64,000 nt of DNA from Blepharisma stoltei ATCC 30299 (taxonomy: Eukaryota; Protista; Ciliophora), in the NCBI GenBank assembly GCA_965603825.1, contig CBFDEM010000032.1, forward strand, positions 558,001 through 622,000. Reading direction: 5' to 3'. Shown here piece after piece: positions 60,175-64,000 of this stretch; positions within the stretch are counted from its first letter, which is position 1; each line of letters opens with the position of its first letter. Made by a program: the position numbers and the translations under genes. The notes beneath the pieces are model-generated. The model was not told the DNA's origin and made no database searches. It worked only from the letters and a program-made list of their open reading frames with translations.

Positions 60175-61647
60175 TTATTTTCTTGAATCAACTGGATCCA
60201 GTTTTCTTAAGTTGATCAACAAATTTCGATTTTTATAGACCCTTCTAGGACTGTCTTCTTTAGCCGCATCTATATTAATTGGCTTTGTTACATTTTTTCT
60301 GCCTAAAATTAGTCTTTGTTTTAAGGTAATAGGCGATCCATAAGGTGGGCTCAAATTATTGAAATTTGGAGTGTTAGGATGCCCATATGGAGGACTGTAA
60401 TTTAGATTTGGGTCTACAAAATTCGACGAGGCACGCTTAAGAGTTCTTTTTTTGGCTTCTTTCTTCAAGAATCAAGGATGAGCTAAAGCTTCACTTGCCG
60501 AATATCTTAAATTAGGGTCTTTTTCAGTCAATTTTACAACCATATTCATAGCTTCAACTGAAATATTTTTCCAATGTTTTTCATAGAAATTTATATTGCA
60601 GTCTCTATTATTTAGCAGCACTTCCTGCACATTTCTCCCATAAAACGCAGCTCTCCCGGTAAGTATCACATATAATATTACCCCAATGCTAAAAATATCA
60701 ACTTTAACACCATATGGATTTTTCCATAATAATTCTGGAGCTGCATATCCTGGGGAGCCACACCTTAAAGTTAGATCTTTGCTTGATAAAGTGGCTAAGC
60801 CAAAATCGGCGATTTTAAATTCAGTGTCATTTTCTTTATCCATCATTAAAATATTTTCAGGTTTTAAGTCTCGGTGAATAATGTTTTTTGAATGAACATA
60901 TTCGAGGACTTCAAGTAAATTTTTGATAAACTGCAAAGCAGTTTCTTCAGGGAAGCAGCCTCTTCTTGTTACTCTACCAAATAAATCCCCATTTTCCATG
61001 TAATCCAATATCAGATGAACACACTCATCGTCTTCATAAATTTTATGTAGTTTTACTAGTCTTGGATGAGACAAGACTCTCATGATCTCAATTTCATTTA
61101 TCAAAGCAGGCAAGGCTCTTTTATTTGCTAATAAATTATCTTTTGAAACTGATTTTACTGCAAATTTTTGCTGAGTTTCTCTATCCAAAGCAAGAAAAAC
61201 TGTAGCAGTAGACCCTTTTCCGGCTTCTTGAATTATTGTATAATAATCCTGCAATCTAGTTGCAATTGCAACGGTTGATAGATATCTTACCCACTTCTGA
61301 AGCTTGACCGACGTTACTGGATAAAAATCTTTGCTAATTTTCCCGGAGGAAAGTGAAAATCCAAGCCTTGGCCTGGATTCATTCTCCTCTGTAAAAATTG
61401 TTAATGTTTTCCAACTAATTATACACATTTTCTTTGGTGGACTTTTGGCATTAGAACAATAATAAAGTCCTGAATTGGTTAAAATAAAACGCCGCTTCTT
61501 AAGCTGCCCTGAGGAGTTCATGACGAATAAAGACCCTGCAAAGATGAGGTTTTGGGCTAGGTCTGGGATATGCGTGCCATTGAATGGCGTCCAAAAAGTC
61601 TTCCCAGGATTCGATCTTCTGTCAGAGGAGAAAAATATCGAATTCAT
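60175..61647 (-). CDS. PH-domain CAMK-group Ser/Thr kinase
   Basis: GKGSTATV, AVK, HRDLKPEN, DFG, CGSPGYAAPE. TGA 60472 gives the conserved HPWF. Confidence 0.92.
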
Positions 61648-61863
61648 GATGGGAATTTATTTAAATTATTAGGAGTTTCATGTAATTTTATTGATATTAT
61701 CAAGGGTCTTTCTACTAGAATTCTTTATTAATTGCTAAGATATTTAGTAATATTCTCTCCATTTATTTTCTTATCAAGAACTATATTTATGCACCTTAAT
61801 TCAAAATAAATTCGGAATAATATGATCTGACCTAAGTTTTGAGGATTTTTACCAACCAAAAAA

Positions 61864-62631
61864 TTATAATAAATTAATAAAATTAGCATTCGAAGCTTCT
61901 TCTGGGAATTCCCAATATCCAAGATCATCAACTTGCAAGCCTAAAGACTTTCGTCTTGGTTCTAAATCTGTTGGTGTTTTTGTTGTCATTTGTAAAGGAG
62001 TATTCGATGTCATCTGAGCATGAGAATACGGAGTATAAGTTCTCCCATTTCTCTTCGTGATTTTTAACTTGGGAGAATTCATTTTATAAACGAAAGGAGA
62101 TTGTATGCTAAATTCTTCTGCAATTTCATTTGGTTTAGACTTTATCGGAGTTGTTGGCCGGCTTTGATGTATAATTTTTGTGCTTGTATTATCTTCGCTT
62201 TGTTTTGATGATGTAAAAGAGGTAATTGGCCTTGCTAGATTAGAAGGCTTTATATTTGAAGAACCTGTAACTTCTGCAGACGTAAATCGTCTATGTTTTA
62301 GTTTTGAGCCTGGCAAGGCACTTGAGGTTACAGGTCTAGTAAAATTTAAGAAAAGTCCTGACAAATGAGGAGTATGAGTTTTTCTTTCACTTGTATAAAT
62401 TGCTTTTAGTTTATGTCCTCGGATATTTCAGTTGCCGTGTATAAAAGTGGAGATTCCTGTGTCAATTGGTATAATTTTTGTTTGGAAATTATTAACTTCT
62501 AATTGGAGCTGTTTATCTTGGGATTTTTTAAGAGGTTTTATATTTTTGTTTTTTAATAGGCGCTTTTTAAGAATTTTTGGACTGGCTGATAAAATCTTCG
62601 GATCAAAGGTGGAAAATTTGGAAGCTTTCAT
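61864..62631 (-). CDS. Low-complexity basic hypothetical protein
   Basis: Two ORFs in frame across TGA 62428; repeated RPxT motifs. Confidence 0.6.
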
Positions 62632-63619
62632 TGGAGTAAAATTTAGTTATTTAAGAAATCTCTTTATTTATTAAGGAATATTAATTAATTGAGATTTTCG
62701 TATTAGTCAAACAAAGTTAATTTTAAAAGTTTTATGTAAGAATCATTCTTATTAACTTATTCTTGTATATAATATAATCAAATTAATTAAGCACATAAGC
62801 TAGTCTTCTTTTTATTTAGCATTTCAAACTTTGCTTTGAATTCTTGTTTTATTTGTCATTTTAATCTTAAATTTTTATTTATAATTGAAAAGAGAAAAGA
62901 TAGCAATTAAGAAAGAAATCATTTTTTGATAAAATTATAGTGCTGTAATCTTAGATCATATTCACTAATTTAAACTCTTCATCGAAATTAAAATTTTATT
63001 TTTTTATCTCAAATGACGACATTTATTTTCAGTATTTTTATCATTTTTGCTCAAATAAAGTATGAAGTAATAGAGCATTAGTCACTAATGCTATTAATAA
63101 AAATGTTGGCAATTAGAGTAATTTCACGATATCTATCTCTATGCACAGCAGAGCAAAAAATACTCAATTTATCGAGACAATAAAGTGTTGGATTATTTAT
63201 TTATATCAAAATGCGCACAATATGAGTTTTTATAAAAAAAAATAATTAATTCGCTAAGCAATAAAAATTTTTGTGTAAATAAAATCTCAATAAGCGCTTA
63301 AAGATATAGAATAGGTTTTAGTCTGCTTGTAGACAGAAGGTAATTATTTTATTCTGAACCATAATTTAAACTTTATGAGTTTTCATTATTTAAAAGAAAT
63401 TATATGATATTAAATTCATAAGTTATTCAACTTAAATAATCGGGCAAGAATTAACCCAATACTATTACATCTTCGATTGCCAATTATATATACATTTCAC
63501 ATAAACCATTTTAACTTGCACTTACCAGATACAAAATCCTTTTCTATTTTTGCGATTTTGCATAAAAGCAATAATCATCAAATTAAACGCAAATATTAAT
63601 GAAAATCTATATTCAGGTA

Positions 63620-64000
63620 TTAGTTTTTTACTAATTTTTGTTTTTTCTTTTGCATCGTTCTCGCCTTTACATTAAGGTTTTCAATCACAAGCGGTTTGAT
63701 ATCTCCACTGCTTAAGCATATTACCGCCAATAAAAAAACTTCGTTCGTGTAATGGCTACTTACTTCATTTATGACCATATTTTCAAACTTTACTATTCCC
63801 GGCTCGCTCATTTCTGCTTCTGTTGTCCCGCGAAGGATTTTCTTGCCACGGATATTGCATTTAAGTAGCTTTGGCTCATCGTCTGATGTAAAAAGCAGCA
63901 CCTTGCATCGAGTATGGTTTTTTAAAAATACATTTTCATTGGAAGAATTTCTAAGAGATACTGCCAATGAAAATCCTCTTTCTTTATAGAGTGTCAGAGG
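63620..64000 (-). CDS. Hypothetical protein, 5'-partial
   Basis: Frame open to the window edge (PLTLYKERGFSLAV...INEVSSHY...IKPLVI...KAR). Confidence 0.65.
   Translation of the reverse strand, partial: PLTLYKERGFSLAVSLRNSSNENVFLKNHTRCKVLLFTSDDEPKLLKCNIRGKKILRGTTEAEMSEPGIVKFENMVINEVSSHYTNEVFLLAVICLSSGDIKPLVIENLNVKARTMQKKKQKLVKN

Noticed and set aside
686-63989. Many short antisense or alternate-frame ORFs in the track (e.g. 686-940, 11686-12057, 19462-19803, 24438-24881, 41589-41903, 46930-47163)
   Set aside because: They overlap well-supported genes or AT-rich spacers and have no recognisable motifs.
1-64000. tRNA, rRNA, CRISPR arrays, TA-bounded IESs
   Set aside because: No cloverleaf, rRNA or repeat-spacer pattern seen by eye. 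IESs cannot be called without a MAC/MIC comparison; tRNAscan-SE or Infernal would be needed to exclude RNA genes.

Overview
AT-rich, gene-dense eukaryotic nuclear DNA, most consistent with the macronuclear genome of a heterotrich ciliate such as Blepharisma (inference). Two properties explain the fragmented ORF track. First, TGA is read as Trp: in-frame TGAs fall on conserved Trp positions, and the genes I traced end in TAA/TAG. Second, there are tiny 15-16 nt GTA...AG introns. Recoded this way, the window holds about 40 genes. These include a 2121-aa P4-ATPase-guanylyl cyclase fusion, an EH-domain endocytic protein, a RING-WWE-WWE E3 next to an E2, Pumilio, PABP, a GYF protein, three non-prenylatable Rab-like genes, a Zn-alcohol dehydrogenase array, RsmI, two CTD phosphatases, and a PIG-Y missed by the ORF track. 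The most unusual region is about 42.3-49.4 kb. An intact 1089-aa AAA-ATPase-like + PD-(D/E)XK nuclease gene sits between two inverted copies of a signal-peptide/LRR gene, both truncated at the same point. The right copy is interrupted by a 751-bp insertion with a 17-bp target-site duplication and a (CCTAA)2 tail, and the empty site is visible in the left copy. A decayed kinase and a decayed second ATPase copy follow. All family assignments are by-eye motif recognition; no searches were run.
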